A stretch of 64,000 nt of DNA. Source: Escherichia phage ECML-134. The translations under genes and the position numbers were made by a program. The notes beneath the pieces were generated by a model that was given only the letters and a program-made list of their open reading frames with translations, made no database searches and was not told the DNA's origin. Shown here one piece after another: positions 46,087 to 63,512 of this stretch (its first letter is position 1; each line of letters starts with the position of its first letter). The stretch is taken from sequence record JX128259; one strand, written 5' to 3'.

Positions 46087-48069
46087 ATGGCAAATACCCC
46101 TGTAAATTATCAATTAACAAGAACAGCAAATGCTATTCCCGAGATATTCGTCGGGGGTACGTTTGCTGAAATAAAACAAAACCTCATTGAATGGCTTAAT
46201 GGCCAAAATGAATTTTTGGATTATGATTTTGAAGGCTCAAGATTAAACGTTCTGTGTGACCTTTTAGCTTATAATACATTATACATTCAGCAGTTTGGTA
46301 ATGCTGCTGTGTATGAAAGCTTTATGCGTACTGCTAACTTACGAAGTTCAGTTGTTCAAGCTGCGCAAGATAACGGATATTTACCTACTTCAAAATCCGC
46401 TGCGCAGACCGAAATTATGTTAACATGCACCGACGCATTGAATAGGAATTACATTACTATTCCTCGCGGAACTCGCTTTTTAGCATATGCAAAAGATACT
46501 TCTGTTAATCCATATAACTTCGTTTCTACCGAAGACGTTATTGCTATTCGTGATAAAAATAACCAATATTTTCCGCGTTTAAAATTGGCCCAGGGACGTA
46601 TAGTAAGAACTGAAATCATTTATGATAAATTAACACCTATTATCATTTATGATAAAAATATTGATAGAAACCAGGTTAAATTATATGTTGATGGAGCGGA
46701 ATGGATTAACTGGACGAGAAAGTCAATGGTTCATGCTGGTTCAACATCAACGATTTACTATATGCGTGAAACTATTGATGGAAACACTGAATTCTATTTT
46801 GGTGAAGGTGAAATTTCTGTTAATGCTTCTGAAGGAGCTTTGACCGCTAATTATATCGGAGGTCTTAAACCTACTCAGAACTCTACGATTGTCATTGAGT
46901 ACATCAGTACTAATGGTGCTGACGCGAACGGAGCAGTCGGATTTTCATACGCAGATACATTAACAAATATAACTGTCATCAATATTAATGAAAATCCAAA
47001 CGATGACCCAGATTTTGTTGGGGCAGATGGCGGCGGTGATCCAGAAGATATTGAGCGTATTCGCGAATTGGGTACTATTAAACGCGAAACCCAGCAACGC
47101 TGCGTAACTGCAACTGACTATGATACATTCGTTTCAGAGAGATTTGGTTCTATTATTCAAGCTGTTCAAACTTTCACTGATTCTACTAAACCTGGGTATG
47201 CATTCATTGCTGCTAAACCTAAATCAGGTCTGTATTTAACTACCGTACAGCGTGAAGATATTAAAAATTATCTCAAAGACTATAATTTAGCTCCTATTAC
47301 GCCATCAATTATTTCTCCTAATTATCTTTTTATTAAGACTAATTTAAAAGTCACATATGCTTTAAATAAACTGCAAGAATCCGAACAGTGGCTTGAAGGT
47401 CAAATAATTGATAAAATTGATCGCTATTATACCGAAGATGTAGAAATTTTTAACTCGTCTTTCGCTAAATCTAAGATGTTGACATATGTAGATGATGCAG
47501 ATCATTCTGTCATTGGTTCATCAGCGACTATTCAAATGGTTCGTGAAGTACAAAACTTCTATAAAACGCCTGAAGCGGGTATTAAATACAATAATCAAAT
47601 AAAAGACCGTTCTATGGAATCTAATACGTTTTCATTTAATTCTGGACGAAAGGTTGTAAATCCTGATACTGGTTTAGAAGAAGATGTATTATATGACGTT
47701 CGTATAGTATCAACAGACCGAGATTCTAAAGGAATTGGTAAAGTTATTATTGGTCCATTTGCTTCTGGCGATGTTACAGAAAATGAAAACATTCAGCCGT
47801 ATACAGGCAACGATTTTAACAAATTAGCAAATTCTGATGGACGCGACAAATACTATGTTATCGGTGAAATAAATTATCCAGCTGATGTGATTTATTGGAA
47901 TATCGCTAAAATTAATTTAACATCTGAAAAATTTGAAGTTCAGACCATTGAATTATATTCTGACCCAACTGATGATGTTATCTTTACTCGCGATGGTTCA
48001 CTGATTGTATTTGAAAATGACTTACGTCCACAATACTTAACTATCGATTTGGAGCCTATATCACAATGA
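46087..48069 (+). CDS. 6: Baseplate wedge protein gp6
   Basis: 660 aa, same as T4 gp6; synteny. Confidence 0.9.
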   Translation: MANTPVNYQLTRTANAIPEIFVGGTFAEIKQNLIEWLNGQNEFLDYDFEGSRLNVLCDLLAYNTLYIQQFGNAAVYESFMRTANLRSSVVQAAQDNGYLPTSKSAAQTEIMLTCTDALNRNYITIPRGTRFLAYAKDTSVNPYNFVSTEDVIAIRDKNNQYFPRLKLAQGRIVRTEIIYDKLTPIIIYDKNIDRNQVKLYVDGAEWINWTRKSMVHAGSTSTIYYMRETIDGNTEFYFGEGEISVNASEGALTANYIGGLKPTQNSTIVIEYISTNGADANGAVGFSYADTLTNITVININENPNDDPDFVGADGGGDPEDIERIRELGTIKRETQQRCVTATDYDTFVSERFGSIIQAVQTFTDSTKPGYAFIAAKPKSGLYLTTVQREDIKNYLKDYNLAPITPSIISPNYLFIKTNLKVTYALNKLQESEQWLEGQIIDKIDRYYTEDVEIFNSSFAKSKMLTYVDDADHSVIGSSATIQMVREVQNFYKTPEAGIKYNNQIKDRSMESNTFSFNSGRKVVNPDTGLEEDVLYDVRIVSTDRDSKGIGKVIIGPFASGDVTENENIQPYTGNDFNKLANSDGRDKYYVIGEINYPADVIYWNIAKINLTSEKFEVQTIELYSDPTDDVIFTRDGSLIVFENDLRPQYLTIDLEPISQ

Positions 48070-51000
48070 CAGTAAAAGCACCTTCAGTCACTAGTCTCAG
48101 AATTTCCAAGTTATCCGCAAATCAGGTGCAAGTACGCTGGGATGACGTTGGTGCTAATTTCTACTATTTTGTAGAAATCGCTGAGACAAAAACAAACTCG
48201 GGGGAAAAACTCCCGAGTAATCAATATCGTTGGATTAATTTAGGATATACAGCAAATAATAGTTTCTTTTTTGATGATGCTGATCCATTAACAACATACA
48301 TTATTAGAGTAGCCACAGCTGCGCAAGATTTTGAGCAGTCTGATTGGATTTATACCGAAGAGTTTGAAACTTTTGCTACAAATGCTTATACATTTCAAAA
48401 CATGATTGAAATGCAATTAGCCAATAAATTCATTCAGGAAAAATTTACTCTTAATAATTCTGATTATGTTAATTTTAATAATGATACTATAATGGCTGCA
48501 TTGATGAATGAATCATTCCAATTCAGCCCATCGTATGTTGATGTTTCATCAATAAGTAATTTTATTATTGGTGAAAATGAGTATCATGAAATACAAGGTT
48601 CTATTCAGCAAGTATGTAAGGATATTAATCGAGTTTATTTGATGGAATCAGAAGGAATTCTATATCTTTTTGAGCGCTATCAACCTGTAGTTAAAGTATC
48701 CAATGATAAAGGACAAACCTGGAAAGCTGTAAAGCTCTTCAATGACCGTGTAGGATATCCTTTATCTAAGACAGTATATTACCAATCTGCGAACACAACA
48801 TACGTTCTAGGATACGACAAGATTTTCTATGGCCGCAAATCTACTGATGTTAGATGGTCAGCCGATGATGTCAGATTTAGTTCTCAGGATATAACATTTG
48901 CTAAACTTGGCGACCAATTACATCTAGGATTTGATGTAGAAATTTTTGCCACTTACGCGACTTTACCAGCGAATGTATACCGCATTGCAGAAGCTATTAC
49001 TTGCACCGATGATTACATTTACGTTGTCGCCAGAGACAAAGTTAGATACATAAAAACGAGTAATGCACCTATAGATTCTGATCCATTATCTCCAACATAT
49101 TCGGAAAGACTTTTTGAACCTGATACCATGACTATAACCGGAAATCCTAAAGCAGTATGCTATAAAATGGATTCTATCGGTGATAAAGTTTTTGCTCTTA
49201 TTATTGGTGAAGTTGAAACATTAAATGCTAATCCTAGAACATCAAAAATAATTGATTCCGCTGATAAAGGAATATATGTTTTAAATCATGACGAAAAAAC
49301 ATGGAAAAGAGTTTTTGGTAATACCGAAGAAGAAAGAAGACGTATTCAACCCGGATATGCGAATATGTCAACTGACGGTAAATTAGTTTCTCTGTCTTCG
49401 AGCAATTTTAAATTTTTAAGTGATAATGTTGTTAATGACCCTGAAACTGCAGCAAAATATCAGTTAATTGGTGCTGTCAAATATGAATTTCCTCGTGAAT
49501 GGTTAGCTGATAAGCATTATCATATGATGGCATTTATAGCGGATGAAAAATCTGATTGGGAAACTTTTACGCCTCAGCCAATGAAATACTACGCAGAACC
49601 GTTCTTTAACTGGTCTAAAAAATCTAACACACGTTGTTGGATAAACAACTCTGATAGAGCTGTAGTAGTTTATGCTGATTTAAAATACACTAAAGTTATA
49701 GAAAATATTCCGGAAACATCACCAGATAGATTAGTTCATGAATACTGGGATGATGGTGATTGCACTATAGTAATGCCAAATGTCAAATTCACTGGATTTA
49801 AAAAATATGCATCTGGGATGCTTTTCTATAAAGCCTCCGGTGAAATAATTTCTTACTATGATTTTAACTATCGTGTGAGAGATACAGTAGAAATTATTTG
49901 GAAGCCAACTGAAGTATTTTTAAAAGCATTTTTACAAAACCAAGAGCATGAGACTCCTTGGTCACCAGAAGAAGAGCGTGGATTAGCTGACCCCGATTTA
50001 AGGCCATTAATTGGCACAATGATGCCTGATTCTTATTTGTTACAGGATTCGAATTTTGAGGCATTTTGCGAAGCATATATTCAATATCTTTCTGATGGAT
50101 ATGGAACTCAGTATAACAATTTACGAAATTTAATTCGTAATCAGTATCCTAGAGAAGAGCATGCATGGGAATATTTGTGGTCAGAGATATATAAAAGAAA
50201 CATTTATTTAAATGCTGATAAACGCGATGCTGTTGCGAGATTCTTTGAATCACGTAGCTATGATTTTTATTCTACTAAAGGAATTGAAGCATCATACAAG
50301 TTTCTTTTTAAAGTTCTTTATAATGAAGAAGTTGAAATTGAAATTGAATCTGGGGCTGGTACTGAATATGATATAATCGTTCAATCTGATTCTTTGACTG
50401 AAGACTTAGTAGGACAAACGATTTATACGGCAACAGGAAGATGTAATGTTACTTATATAGAAAGAAGCTATTCTAATGGTAAATTGCAATGGACCGTAAC
50501 TATTCATAATCTTTTGGGACGATTAATTGCTGGTCAAGAAGTTAAAGCAGAAAGACTTCCTAGTTTTGAAGGCGAAATTATTCGTGGGGTTAAAGGAAAG
50601 GATTTGCTTCAAAACAATATAGACTATATTAATAGAAGTAGATCATACTATGTAATGAAAATTAAATCCAATTTACCTTCTTCCCGCTGGAAATCTGACG
50701 TTATTCGTTTTGTTCATCCAGTAGGATTTGGATTTATAGCAATTACTCTTTTAACAATGTTTATTAATGTTGGTTTAACTCTTAAACATACAGAGACTAT
50801 AATTAATAAATACAAAAACTATAAATGGGATTCTGGATTGCCTACTGAATATGCCGACAGAATAGCTAAATTAACTCCAACCGGTGAAATTGAGCATGAT
50901 TCAGTAACAGGCGAAGCAATTTATGAGCCTGGCCCAATGGCTGGTGTAAAATATCCTCTTCCTGATGACTATAATGCTGAAAATAATAATTCAATATTTC

Positions 51001-51164
51001 AAGGTCAATTGCCGTCTGAACGACGTAAATTAATGAGTCCTTTATTTGATGCATCTGGAACAACATTTGCGCAATTTAGAGATTTAGTTGATAAACGTCT
51101 AAAAGATAATATAGGAAATCCAAGAGACCCTGAAAATCCAACACAGGTTAAAATAGATGAATGA
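48066..51164 (+). CDS. 7: Baseplate wedge protein gp7
   Basis: 1032 aa, same as T4 gp7; synteny. Confidence 0.9.
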   Translation: MTVKAPSVTSLRISKLSANQVQVRWDDVGANFYYFVEIAETKTNSGEKLPSNQYRWINLGYTANNSFFFDDADPLTTYIIRVATAAQDFEQSDWIYTEEFETFATNAYTFQNMIEMQLANKFIQEKFTLNNSDYVNFNNDTIMAALMNESFQFSPSYVDVSSISNFIIGENEYHEIQGSIQQVCKDINRVYLMESEGILYLFERYQPVVKVSNDKGQTWKAVKLFNDRVGYPLSKTVYYQSANTTYVLGYDKIFYGRKSTDVRWSADDVRFSSQDITFAKLGDQLHLGFDVEIFATYATLPANVYRIAEAITCTDDYIYVVARDKVRYIKTSNAPIDSDPLSPTYSERLFEPDTMTITGNPKAVCYKMDSIGDKVFALIIGEVETLNANPRTSKIIDSADKGIYVLNHDEKTWKRVFGNTEEERRRIQPGYANMSTDGKLVSLSSSNFKFLSDNVVNDPETAAKYQLIGAVKYEFPREWLADKHYHMMAFIADEKSDWETFTPQPMKYYAEPFFNWSKKSNTRCWINNSDRAVVVYADLKYTKVIENIPETSPDRLVHEYWDDGDCTIVMPNVKFTGFKKYASGMLFYKASGEIISYYDFNYRVRDTVEIIWKPTEVFLKAFLQNQEHETPWSPEEERGLADPDLRPLIGTMMPDSYLLQDSNFEAFCEAYIQYLSDGYGTQYNNLRNLIRNQYPREEHAWEYLWSEIYKRNIYLNADKRDAVARFFESRSYDFYSTKGIEASYKFLFKVLYNEEVEIEIESGAGTEYDIIVQSDSLTEDLVGQTIYTATGRCNVTYIERSYSNGKLQWTVTIHNLLGRLIAGQEVKAERLPSFEGEIIRGVKGKDLLQNNIDYINRSRSYYVMKIKSNLPSSRWKSDVIRFVHPVGFGFIAITLLTMFINVGLTLKHTETIINKYKNYKWDSGLPTEYADRIAKLTPTGEIEHDSVTGEAIYEPGPMAGVKYPLPDDYNAENNNSIFQGQLPSERRKLMSPLFDASGTTFAQFRDLVDKRLKDNIGNPRDPENPTQVKIDE

Positions 51165-52161
51165 TTCAAGTGTTATCTATCGTGCGATAGTTACTTCAAA
51201 ATTTAGAACAGAAAAAATGTTGAATTTTTATAATTCAATTGGAAGTGGTCCGGATAAAAACACTATCTTTATCACATTTGGAAGATCAGAACCATGGTCA
51301 TCAAATGAAAATGAGGTGGGCTTTGCCCCACCTTATCCAACCGATTCTGTATTAGGCGTAACTGACATGTGGACGCATATGATGGGAACCGTAAAGGTTC
51401 TTCCATCAATGCTTGATGCAGTTATTCCTCGTCGAGATTGGGGAGATACTAGATATCCGGATCCGTATACATTTAGAATTAACGATATTGTAGTGTGTAA
51501 CTCAGCTCCTTACAACGCTACTGAATCAGGCGCAGGCTGGTTAGTATATCGTTGTTTAGATGTTCCTGATACCGGAATGTGCTCAATAGCATCTTTAACT
51601 GATAAGGATGAATGCCTTAAATTAGGCGGAAAATGGACACCTTCTGTTAGGTCAATGACTCCTCCTGAAGGTCGAGGAGATGCTGAAGGAACAATTGAAC
51701 CTGGGGACGGGTATGTATGGGAATATCTATTTGAGATTCCACCCGATGTATCTATAAATAGATGCACGAATGAATATATCGTGGTTCCTTGGCCTGAGGA
51801 ATTAAAAGAAGACCCGACTAGATGGGGATATGAAGATAATCTCACTTGGCAACAAGATGATTTTGGATTAATTTACCGTGTTAAGGCAAATACTATCCGT
51901 TTTAAAGCATATTTAGATTCAGTTTATTTTCCTGAGGCTGCATTGCCGGGAAATAAAGGATTTAGACAAATATCAATAATCACGAATCCTCTTGAAGCTA
52001 AAGCTCATCCAAATGACCCAAACGTTAAAGCTGAAAAGGATTATTATGACCCAGAAGATTTAATGAGGCATTCGGGTGAAATGATTTATATGGAAAATAG
52101 GCCACCTATTATTATGGCAATGGATCAAACAGAAGAAATCAATATTCTGTTTACATTTTAA
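51157..52161 (+). CDS. 8: Baseplate wedge protein gp8
   Basis: 334 aa, same as T4 gp8; followed by terminator and late promoter. Confidence 0.9.
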   Translation: MNDSSVIYRAIVTSKFRTEKMLNFYNSIGSGPDKNTIFITFGRSEPWSSNENEVGFAPPYPTDSVLGVTDMWTHMMGTVKVLPSMLDAVIPRRDWGDTRYPDPYTFRINDIVVCNSAPYNATESGAGWLVYRCLDVPDTGMCSIASLTDKDECLKLGGKWTPSVRSMTPPEGRGDAEGTIEPGDGYVWEYLFEIPPDVSINRCTNEYIVVPWPEELKEDPTRWGYEDNLTWQQDDFGLIYRVKANTIRFKAYLDSVYFPEAALPGNKGFRQISIITNPLEAKAHPNDPNVKAEKDYYDPEDLMRHSGEMIYMENRPPIIMAMDQTEEINILFTF

Positions 52162-52165
52162 ATTA

Positions 52166-52183
52166 AGGGAGCCCATGGGCTCC
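52166..52183 (+). terminator. Intrinsic terminator after gene 8
   Basis: Hairpin gggagccc-atg-ggctccc followed by tttttc. Confidence 0.6.
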
Positions 52184-52191
52184 CTTTTTCT
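52184..52191 (+). promoter_or_regulatory. Late promoter for gene 9
   Basis: Exact TATAAATA right after the gene 8 terminator, 34 nt upstream of gene 9. Confidence 0.6.
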
Positions 52192-52224
52192 TTATAAATA
52201 CTATAAACTCATAAGGAAACCGCT

Positions 52225-53091
52225 ATGTTCATTCAAGAACCAAAGAAATTGATTGATACCGGCGAAATTGGTAACGCTTCTACTGGTGATATCTTATTCG
52301 ACGGTGGTAATAAAATTAATAGTGATTTTAACGCAATTTATAATGCGTTTGGCGATCAGCGTAAAATGGCAGTAGCAAATGGCACTGGAGCAGATGGTCA
52401 AATTATCCATGCTACTGGATATTATCAAAAACACTCTATTGCGGAGTACGCAACTCCAGTAAAAGTTGGCACTAGACATGATATTGATACCTCTACTGTA
52501 GGTGTTAAAGTTATCATTGAAAGAGGCGAACTTGGCGACTGCGTTGAATTTATTAATTCAAATGGATCTATATCAGTTACTAATCCTTTAACAATTCAAG
52601 CTATTGATTCAATTAAAGGTGTTTCGGGTAATTTAGTAGTAACTAGTCCATATAGTAAAGTAACTTTACGCTGTATTTCATCTGATAATTCTACATCGGT
52701 TTGGAATTATTCTATTGAAAGTATGTTTGGGCAAAAGGAATCACCAGCTGAAGGTACATGGAATATTTCTACGTCCGGATCAGTTGATATTCCACTATTT
52801 CATCGCACTGAATATAATATGGCTAAATTGCTAGTTACGTGCCAATCGGTAGATGGAAGAAAAATTAAAACGGCAGAAATAAATATTCTTGTAGATACTG
52901 TTAATTCAGAAGTCATTTCTTCTGAATATGCTGTCATGCGAGTTGGAAATGAAACAGAAGAAGACGAAATCGCTAATATTGCATTTAGTATTAAAGAAAA
53001 TTATGTAACGGCAACTATAAGTTCTTCAACTGTCGGTATGAGAGCAGCAGTTAAAGTTATCGCTACGCAGAAAATCGGGGTGGCTCAATAA
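52225..53091 (+). CDS. 9: Baseplate long-tail-fibre connector gp9
   Basis: 288 aa, same as T4 gp9. Confidence 0.9.
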   Translation: MFIQEPKKLIDTGEIGNASTGDILFDGGNKINSDFNAIYNAFGDQRKMAVANGTGADGQIIHATGYYQKHSIAEYATPVKVGTRHDIDTSTVGVKVIIERGELGDCVEFINSNGSISVTNPLTIQAIDSIKGVSGNLVVTSPYSKVTLRCISSDNSTSVWNYSIESMFGQKESPAEGTWNISTSGSVDIPLFHRTEYNMAKLLVTCQSVDGRKIKTAEINILVDTVNSEVISSEYAVMRVGNETEEDEIANIAFSIKENYVTATISSSTVGMRAAVKVIATQKIGVAQ

Positions 53092-54896
53092 TGAAACAAA
53101 ATATTAATATCGGTAATGTTGTAGATGATGGTACCGGTGACTACCTGCGTAAAGGTGGTATAAAAATAAATGAAAACTTTGATGAGCTTTATTACGAGCT
53201 TGGTGATGGAGATGTTCCATATTCAGCCGGTGCCTGGAAAACTTATAATGCTTCATCAGGACAAACATTAACAGCAGAATGGGGAAAATCATATGCCATT
53301 AATACTTCGTCTGGAAGAGTAACTCTACAACTTCCTAAAGGAACTGTTAATGATTACAACAAGGTAATTAGAGCTAGAGACGTATTCGCTACATGGAACA
53401 TCAATCCAGTTACACTAGTAGCTGCTTCCGGAGATACAATTAAAGGGTCGTCATCGTCAGTTGAAATTAATATTCAATTTAGTGATTTAGAGCTCGTTTA
53501 TTGCGCTCCAGGACGCTGGGAGTATGTCAAAAATAAGCAAATTGATAAAATTATTAGTTCAGACATTAGTAATGTAGCTCGTAAAGAATTTTTAGTCGAA
53601 GTTCAAGGGCAAACAGACTTTTTAGATGTTTTTAATGGAACTAGTTATAATGCCAATAACATCAGAGTAAAACATCGTGGTAACGAATTGTATTACGGTG
53701 ATGTATTTAGCGAAAACAGTGACTTTGGCTCTCCGGGCGAAAATGAAGGCGAATTAGTTCCTCTTGATGGATTTAATATTCGATTAAGACAGCCTTGTAA
53801 TATTGGTGACACCGTTCAAATTGAAACATTTATGGATGGTGTATCACAATGGAGAAGTTCATATACAAGACGCCAAATAAAAGTACTGGATTCAAAACTA
53901 ACGTCAAAAACTTCTTTAGAAGGAAGTATTTACGTTACTGATTTATCAACAATGAAATCAATTCCATTCTCTGCATTTGGATTAATTCCTGGAGAACCCA
54001 TTAATCCTAACTCTCTTGAGGTTCGTTTTAATGGAATTTTACAGCAGCAGGCTGGAACAGCTGGATATCCTCTGTTTTTGTGTGAAGGCGCTAATTCAGA
54101 TACGCAAGAAGGATGTATATCTCTTGGTGGCGAATGGAAAGAATCAAACACCGATTATTCTATAGAATATGAAGACGGAAAACCTATCAGTCTTTTATTT
54201 GATAGAAAATTTGAATCCGGTGACATTATCGTTATAACATGGTTCAATAATGATTTAGGAACTCTTTTAGAAAAAGATGACATCATTGAATTGACTGATG
54301 ATCGTTATGTTAGTAAAGGATCATCTACTGAAGTTACTGGTGATGTGGCCTTAACAGATTTTGATAAAATCGGTTGGCCAAATGTTGAAAAAGTTGATTC
54401 TTATACTAGAACGTATAATTCAATATCATCTATTTTCGACAGCATTTATCCTGTTGGTTCAATTTATGAAAATGCTATAAACCCAAATAATCCGGTGACT
54501 TATATGGGATTTGGTTCATGGAAATTATTTGGTAAAGGACAAGTTTTAGTAGGATGGAATGATGATGTTACGGATCCAAACTTTGCTTTAAACAATAATG
54601 ATTTAGATTCTAGCGGAAATCCTTCACATACTGCCGGTGGAACGGTTGGAACAACATCAGTAACGCTTGAAAACGCAAATCTTCCTGCAACTAAAACCGA
54701 CGAAAGAGTTTTAATTGAAGACGAAAATGGATCGGTTATTATTGGAGGTTGCCAATATGACCCAGATGAAACTGGTCCTATATATACAAAATATCGTGAA
54801 GACTACGCAACAACAAACTCTTCACATACTCCTCCTGCTAATATTAGTAATATTCAACCGTCTATTACTGTATACCGTTGGATAAGGATTGCATAA
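53091..54896 (+). CDS. 10: Baseplate wedge / short-fibre attachment protein gp10
   Basis: 601 aa; synteny. Confidence 0.9.
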   Translation: MKQNINIGNVVDDGTGDYLRKGGIKINENFDELYYELGDGDVPYSAGAWKTYNASSGQTLTAEWGKSYAINTSSGRVTLQLPKGTVNDYNKVIRARDVFATWNINPVTLVAASGDTIKGSSSSVEINIQFSDLELVYCAPGRWEYVKNKQIDKIISSDISNVARKEFLVEVQGQTDFLDVFNGTSYNANNIRVKHRGNELYYGDVFSENSDFGSPGENEGELVPLDGFNIRLRQPCNIGDTVQIETFMDGVSQWRSSYTRRQIKVLDSKLTSKTSLEGSIYVTDLSTMKSIPFSAFGLIPGEPINPNSLEVRFNGILQQQAGTAGYPLFLCEGANSDTQEGCISLGGEWKESNTDYSIEYEDGKPISLLFDRKFESGDIIVITWFNNDLGTLLEKDDIIELTDDRYVSKGSSTEVTGDVALTDFDKIGWPNVEKVDSYTRTYNSISSIFDSIYPVGSIYENAINPNNPVTYMGFGSWKLFGKGQVLVGWNDDVTDPNFALNNNDLDSSGNPSHTAGGTVGTTSVTLENANLPATKTDERVLIEDENGSVIIGGCQYDPDETGPIYTKYREDYATTNSSHTPPANISNIQPSITVYRWIRIA

Positions 54897-55555
54897 TGAG
54901 TTTACTTAATAATAAAGCGGGAGTTATTTCCCGCTTAGCAGATTTTCTTGGTTTTAGAACTAAGAAAAATGATATTTCGGTTATGAATAATCAGCCAGTA
55001 GGCGCTGTGACAATTTCACAAATAGCAAAAGGTTTTTATGACCCAAATGTAGAATCTGCTATTAATGATGTTAGAAATATGGCAGAGCAACAGGTTGGAG
55101 CTGTATTAGTTAATATAAGCGGCGTATCTCCTACTGGCGTGCAGCAGACAGACTATTGGTCATTTGAAGGAACTGTTACTGATACTTCAGCCAAACCAGG
55201 TGACCCAGTTATTGTTAACATGTTTGGTATTCCAGTTAAAGCTACTAATGGAATGACTTCAATCGAATTCACAAGTGCCGTTAGAACAGCTCTACAGGAA
55301 ATGGTTGCAAAATTTATTGCAATTGATTCATTTGAAGACCATCCTACCATAGGAAATAAAATACAAGTTAAGTATTTAGATAACCAAGAACATATCTTAG
55401 AACAATACTCCGATAAAGGAATTACTTTCAAACAAGAAATAATTTCTCCTTCTAAACCTGGATATGGAACTTGGCAATTATTGGGTGCGCAAACTGTTAC
55501 GCTAGATAGTCACACACAACCTACAGTATTTTATTATTTTGAGAGAATAGCATGA
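54896..55555 (+). CDS. 11: Baseplate wedge protein gp11
   Basis: Start MSLLNNKAG gives 219 aa, matching T4 gp11. Confidence 0.85.
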   Translation: MSLLNNKAGVISRLADFLGFRTKKNDISVMNNQPVGAVTISQIAKGFYDPNVESAINDVRNMAEQQVGAVLVNISGVSPTGVQQTDYWSFEGTVTDTSAKPGDPVIVNMFGIPVKATNGMTSIEFTSAVRTALQEMVAKFIAIDSFEDHPTIGNKIQVKYLDNQEHILEQYSDKGITFKQEIISPSKPGYGTWQLLGAQTVTLDSHTQPTVFYYFERIA

Positions 55556-57102
55556 GTAATAATACATATCAGCACGTATCAAATGAATCAAAATATGTTA
55601 AATTCGATCCAGTAGGATCGAATTTTCCTGACACTGTTACGACAGTGCAGTCTGCATTATCAAAAATAAGTAATATTGGCGTAAATGGTATTCCTGATGC
55701 AACTATGGAAGTTAAAGGAATAGCAATGATTGCGTCAGAGCAAGAGGTTTTAGATGGAACTAATAATTCTAAAATCGTTACACCCGCTACATTAGCAACA
55801 AGATTATTGTATCCAAATGCTACTGAAACTAAATATGGTTTAACACGCTATTCAACAAATGAAGAAACGTTAGAAGGCTCAGATAATAATTCATCAATAA
55901 CACCACAAAAACTGAAATACCACACTGACGATGTGTTCCAAAATAGATATTCGTCTGAGTCGTCAAACGGGGTTATTAAAATATCATCTACACCTGCAGC
56001 TTTGGCTGGAGTTGATGATACTACGGCAATGACTCCATTAAAAACCCAAAAACTTGCAATAAAATTAATTTCACAAATAGCTCCTTCCGAAGATACTGCA
56101 TCAGAATCTGTGAGAGGTGTAGTTCAATTATCTACTGTTGCGCAAACTCGTCAAGGAACTCTCCGCGAAGGATATGCAATTTCTCCGTATACCTTTATGA
56201 ATTCTGTTGCAACACAAGAATATAAGGGTGTTATACGTTTAGGAACACAATCGGAAATTAACAGTAATTTAGGAGATGTTGCAGTAACAGGTGAAACATT
56301 AAATGGTCGAGGAGCTACTGGTTCTATGCGTGGAGTAGTTAAATTAACGACGCAAGCCGGTATTGCCCCCGAAGGTGATGGCTCTGGAGCATTAGCATGG
56401 AACGCAGATGTAATTAATACTCGCGGTGGACAAACTATTAACGGTTCTTTAAATTTAGACCATCTTACAGCAAATGGAATTTGGTCACGCGGCGGTATGT
56501 GGAAAAATGGCGATCAACCTGTTGCCACTGAAAGATATGCGTCCGAAAGGGTTCCAGTTGGAACTATTATGATGTTTGCGGGTGATTCTGCACCTCCAGG
56601 TTGGATTATGTGTCATGGTGGAACTGTGTCAGGAGACCAATATCCTGATTATAGAAACACAGTTGGAGCAAGATTTGGTGGTGATTGGAATAACCCCGGC
56701 ATTCCTGATATGAGAGGTCTTTTCGTTAGAGGAGCTGGAACAGGCGGTCATATTTTAAATCAACGAGGACAAGATGGTTACGGGAAGGATAGACTTGGCG
56801 TAGGATGTGACGGAATGCATGTTGGTGGTGTCCAGGCACAACAAATGTCATACCATAAACACGCTGGTGGATGGGGAGAATACCAAAGACATGAAGCTCC
56901 ATTTGGCGCGTCCGTTTATCAAGGATATCTTGGAACTAGAAAATATTCCGACTGGGATAATGCTTCATACTTCACTAATGATGGATTTGAATTAGGTGGA
57001 CCGAGAGATGCCCTTGGTACACTTAATCGTGAAGGATTAATTGGTTATGAAACTAGACCATGGAATATATCATTAAACTATATTATTAAAATTCATTACT
57101 AA
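55552..57102 (+). CDS. 12: Short tail fibre gp12
   Basis: 516 aa; repetitive N-terminal fibre region and C-terminal receptor-binding domain. Confidence 0.9.
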   Translation: MSNNTYQHVSNESKYVKFDPVGSNFPDTVTTVQSALSKISNIGVNGIPDATMEVKGIAMIASEQEVLDGTNNSKIVTPATLATRLLYPNATETKYGLTRYSTNEETLEGSDNNSSITPQKLKYHTDDVFQNRYSSESSNGVIKISSTPAALAGVDDTTAMTPLKTQKLAIKLISQIAPSEDTASESVRGVVQLSTVAQTRQGTLREGYAISPYTFMNSVATQEYKGVIRLGTQSEINSNLGDVAVTGETLNGRGATGSMRGVVKLTTQAGIAPEGDGSGALAWNADVINTRGGQTINGSLNLDHLTANGIWSRGGMWKNGDQPVATERYASERVPVGTIMMFAGDSAPPGWIMCHGGTVSGDQYPDYRNTVGARFGGDWNNPGIPDMRGLFVRGAGTGGHILNQRGQDGYGKDRLGVGCDGMHVGGVQAQQMSYHKHAGGWGEYQRHEAPFGASVYQGYLGTRKYSDWDNASYFTNDGFELGGPRDALGTLNREGLIGYETRPWNISLNYIIKIHY

Positions 57103-57111
57103 GGATTACAA

Positions 57112-58569
57112 ATGATTGAATTAAAAGATTTACCTTTTGTTGATAGCGTTCCTGGCGAAGGTCAGGAACGTATTTCATGGATTAAAAATGGTGAAGAAAT
57201 ACTAGGAGCTAGTACTAAGTATGGAAACGATGGATCAATGAATAGACCAACTGTTTCTGTGTTTAAAAACGTCGAGGTTCTTGATGAAAATGTGGGAATT
57301 CTTAAAACTGCCATTGAAACATCGCAGAAAGATATTAAAACAATTCAAGGAGTTTTAGATGTATCAGGAGATATAGAAGCACTATCGCAGATCAGTGTTA
57401 ATAAAAATGACATATCAAATTTAAAGACACTTACTAATGAACACACTGATATATTAACTGGAACTAATAATACAGTTGACAAAATTATTGCTGATATAGG
57501 TCCATTTAATGATGAAGAAAATTCTGTTTATAGAACAATTAGAAATGATTTATTGTGGATTAAACAGGAATTAGGACAATATTCTGGCCAAGATATTAAC
57601 GGTCTTCCTGTTGTTGGTAATGCTAGCACAGGAATGAAACACAGAATAATAACAAATAGTACATTATTATCTTCACAAGGCATTCGTTTAAGCGAATTAG
57701 AAAATAAATTTACTGAATCTGACGTAGGATCATTAACTGTTGAAGTTGGTAAATTACGTGATGAACTTGGTAATAAACCGGTAGATTTTGGACCAAATAT
57801 TTATAATAGATTAAACACTATAGATGATAAACAAACTTTAATAAATTCTGATATAGCAGAAATTAAATCTTCTATTGGATACCCAGAAAATGTTTCTATA
57901 ATAACAGAAATTAATAATAACAAAAGTAGCATTGAATCTATTAATAATGAATTAAATCAGAGTGAAGGTGTTAAACAGCGCTTAACGGCTATTGAAACTT
58001 CTATAGGTTCAGATGATATTCCTTCTAGTATTAAAGGAAAAATTAAAAATCACACAACTTCTATTGAGTCTTTAAACGGAATTGTTGGTGAAAACACTTC
58101 GTCTGGTTTAAGAGCGAATGTTTCGTGGTTAAATCAAATTGTTGGAACTGACTCCAGCGGAGGACAACCGTCTCCTTCTGGATCTCTATTAAATAAAGTT
58201 TCAGTGCTTGAAGGAGAAGTTTCAGTTTTAAACAATAATGTTCAAAATATACAAGTTGAAATAGGAAATAATAGAACAGGAATTAAAGGTCAAGTTATTG
58301 AACTTACTTCACTTATAAATGGAAATAATCCTGACGGATCAACTGTTGAAGAACGAGGATTAACTAATTCTGTAAAAACGAATGAAACCAACATTGCGGC
58401 AGTCACACATGAAGTAAATACAGCTAAAGACAATATATCCTCTTTACAGAGCAGCGTTCAAGCTCTACAAGAAGCAGGTTATATTCCTGAAGCTCCAAAA
58501 GATGGCCAAGCTTACGTTCGTAAAGACGGCGAATGGGTACTACTTTCTACCTTTTTATCACCAGCATAA
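57112..58569 (+). CDS. wac: Fibritin (whisker) Wac
   Basis: 485 aa coiled coil ending in the foldon [27 protein letters not shown]. Confidence 0.95.
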   Translation: MIELKDLPFVDSVPGEGQERISWIKNGEEILGASTKYGNDGSMNRPTVSVFKNVEVLDENVGILKTAIETSQKDIKTIQGVLDVSGDIEALSQISVNKNDISNLKTLTNEHTDILTGTNNTVDKIIADIGPFNDEENSVYRTIRNDLLWIKQELGQYSGQDINGLPVVGNASTGMKHRIITNSTLLSSQGIRLSELENKFTESDVGSLTVEVGKLRDELGNKPVDFGPNIYNRLNTIDDKQTLINSDIAEIKSSIGYPENVSIITEINNNKSSIESINNELNQSEGVKQRLTAIETSIGSDDIPSSIKGKIKNHTTSIESLNGIVGENTSSGLRANVSWLNQIVGTDSSGGQPSPSGSLLNKVSVLEGEVSVLNNNVQNIQVEIGNNRTGIKGQVIELTSLINGNNPDGSTVEERGLTNSVKTNETNIAAVTHEVNTAKDNISSLQSSVQALQEAGYIPEAPKDGQAYVRKDGEWVLLSTFLSPA

Positions 58570-58570
58570 C

Positions 58571-58590
58571 ATGGGGCCGCAAGGCCCCAA
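58571..58590 (+). terminator. Stem-loop after wac (terminator or RNA stability element)
   Basis: Hairpin ggggcc-gcaa-ggcccc immediately after the wac stop; no clear T-tract. Confidence 0.4.
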
Positions 58591-58600
58591 AGGATTTTAA

Positions 58601-60302
<1,702 letters not shown>

Positions 60303-60343
60303 TAAATATTATAAACTAATTAAAGCCCAGATTAGGAGAAATC

Positions 60344-63481
<3,138 letters not shown>

Positions 63482-63512
63482 ATATATTAAAGCATATTAA
63501 AGAGGATTAAAA

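Noticed and set aside
46649-47792. ORFs 46649..46843 (+) and 47595..47792 (-)
   Set aside because: Alternative-frame and antisense reads inside gene 6
49894-51845. Minus-strand ORFs 49894..50076, 50866..51066 and 51510..51845
   Set aside because: Antisense inside late genes 7 and 8
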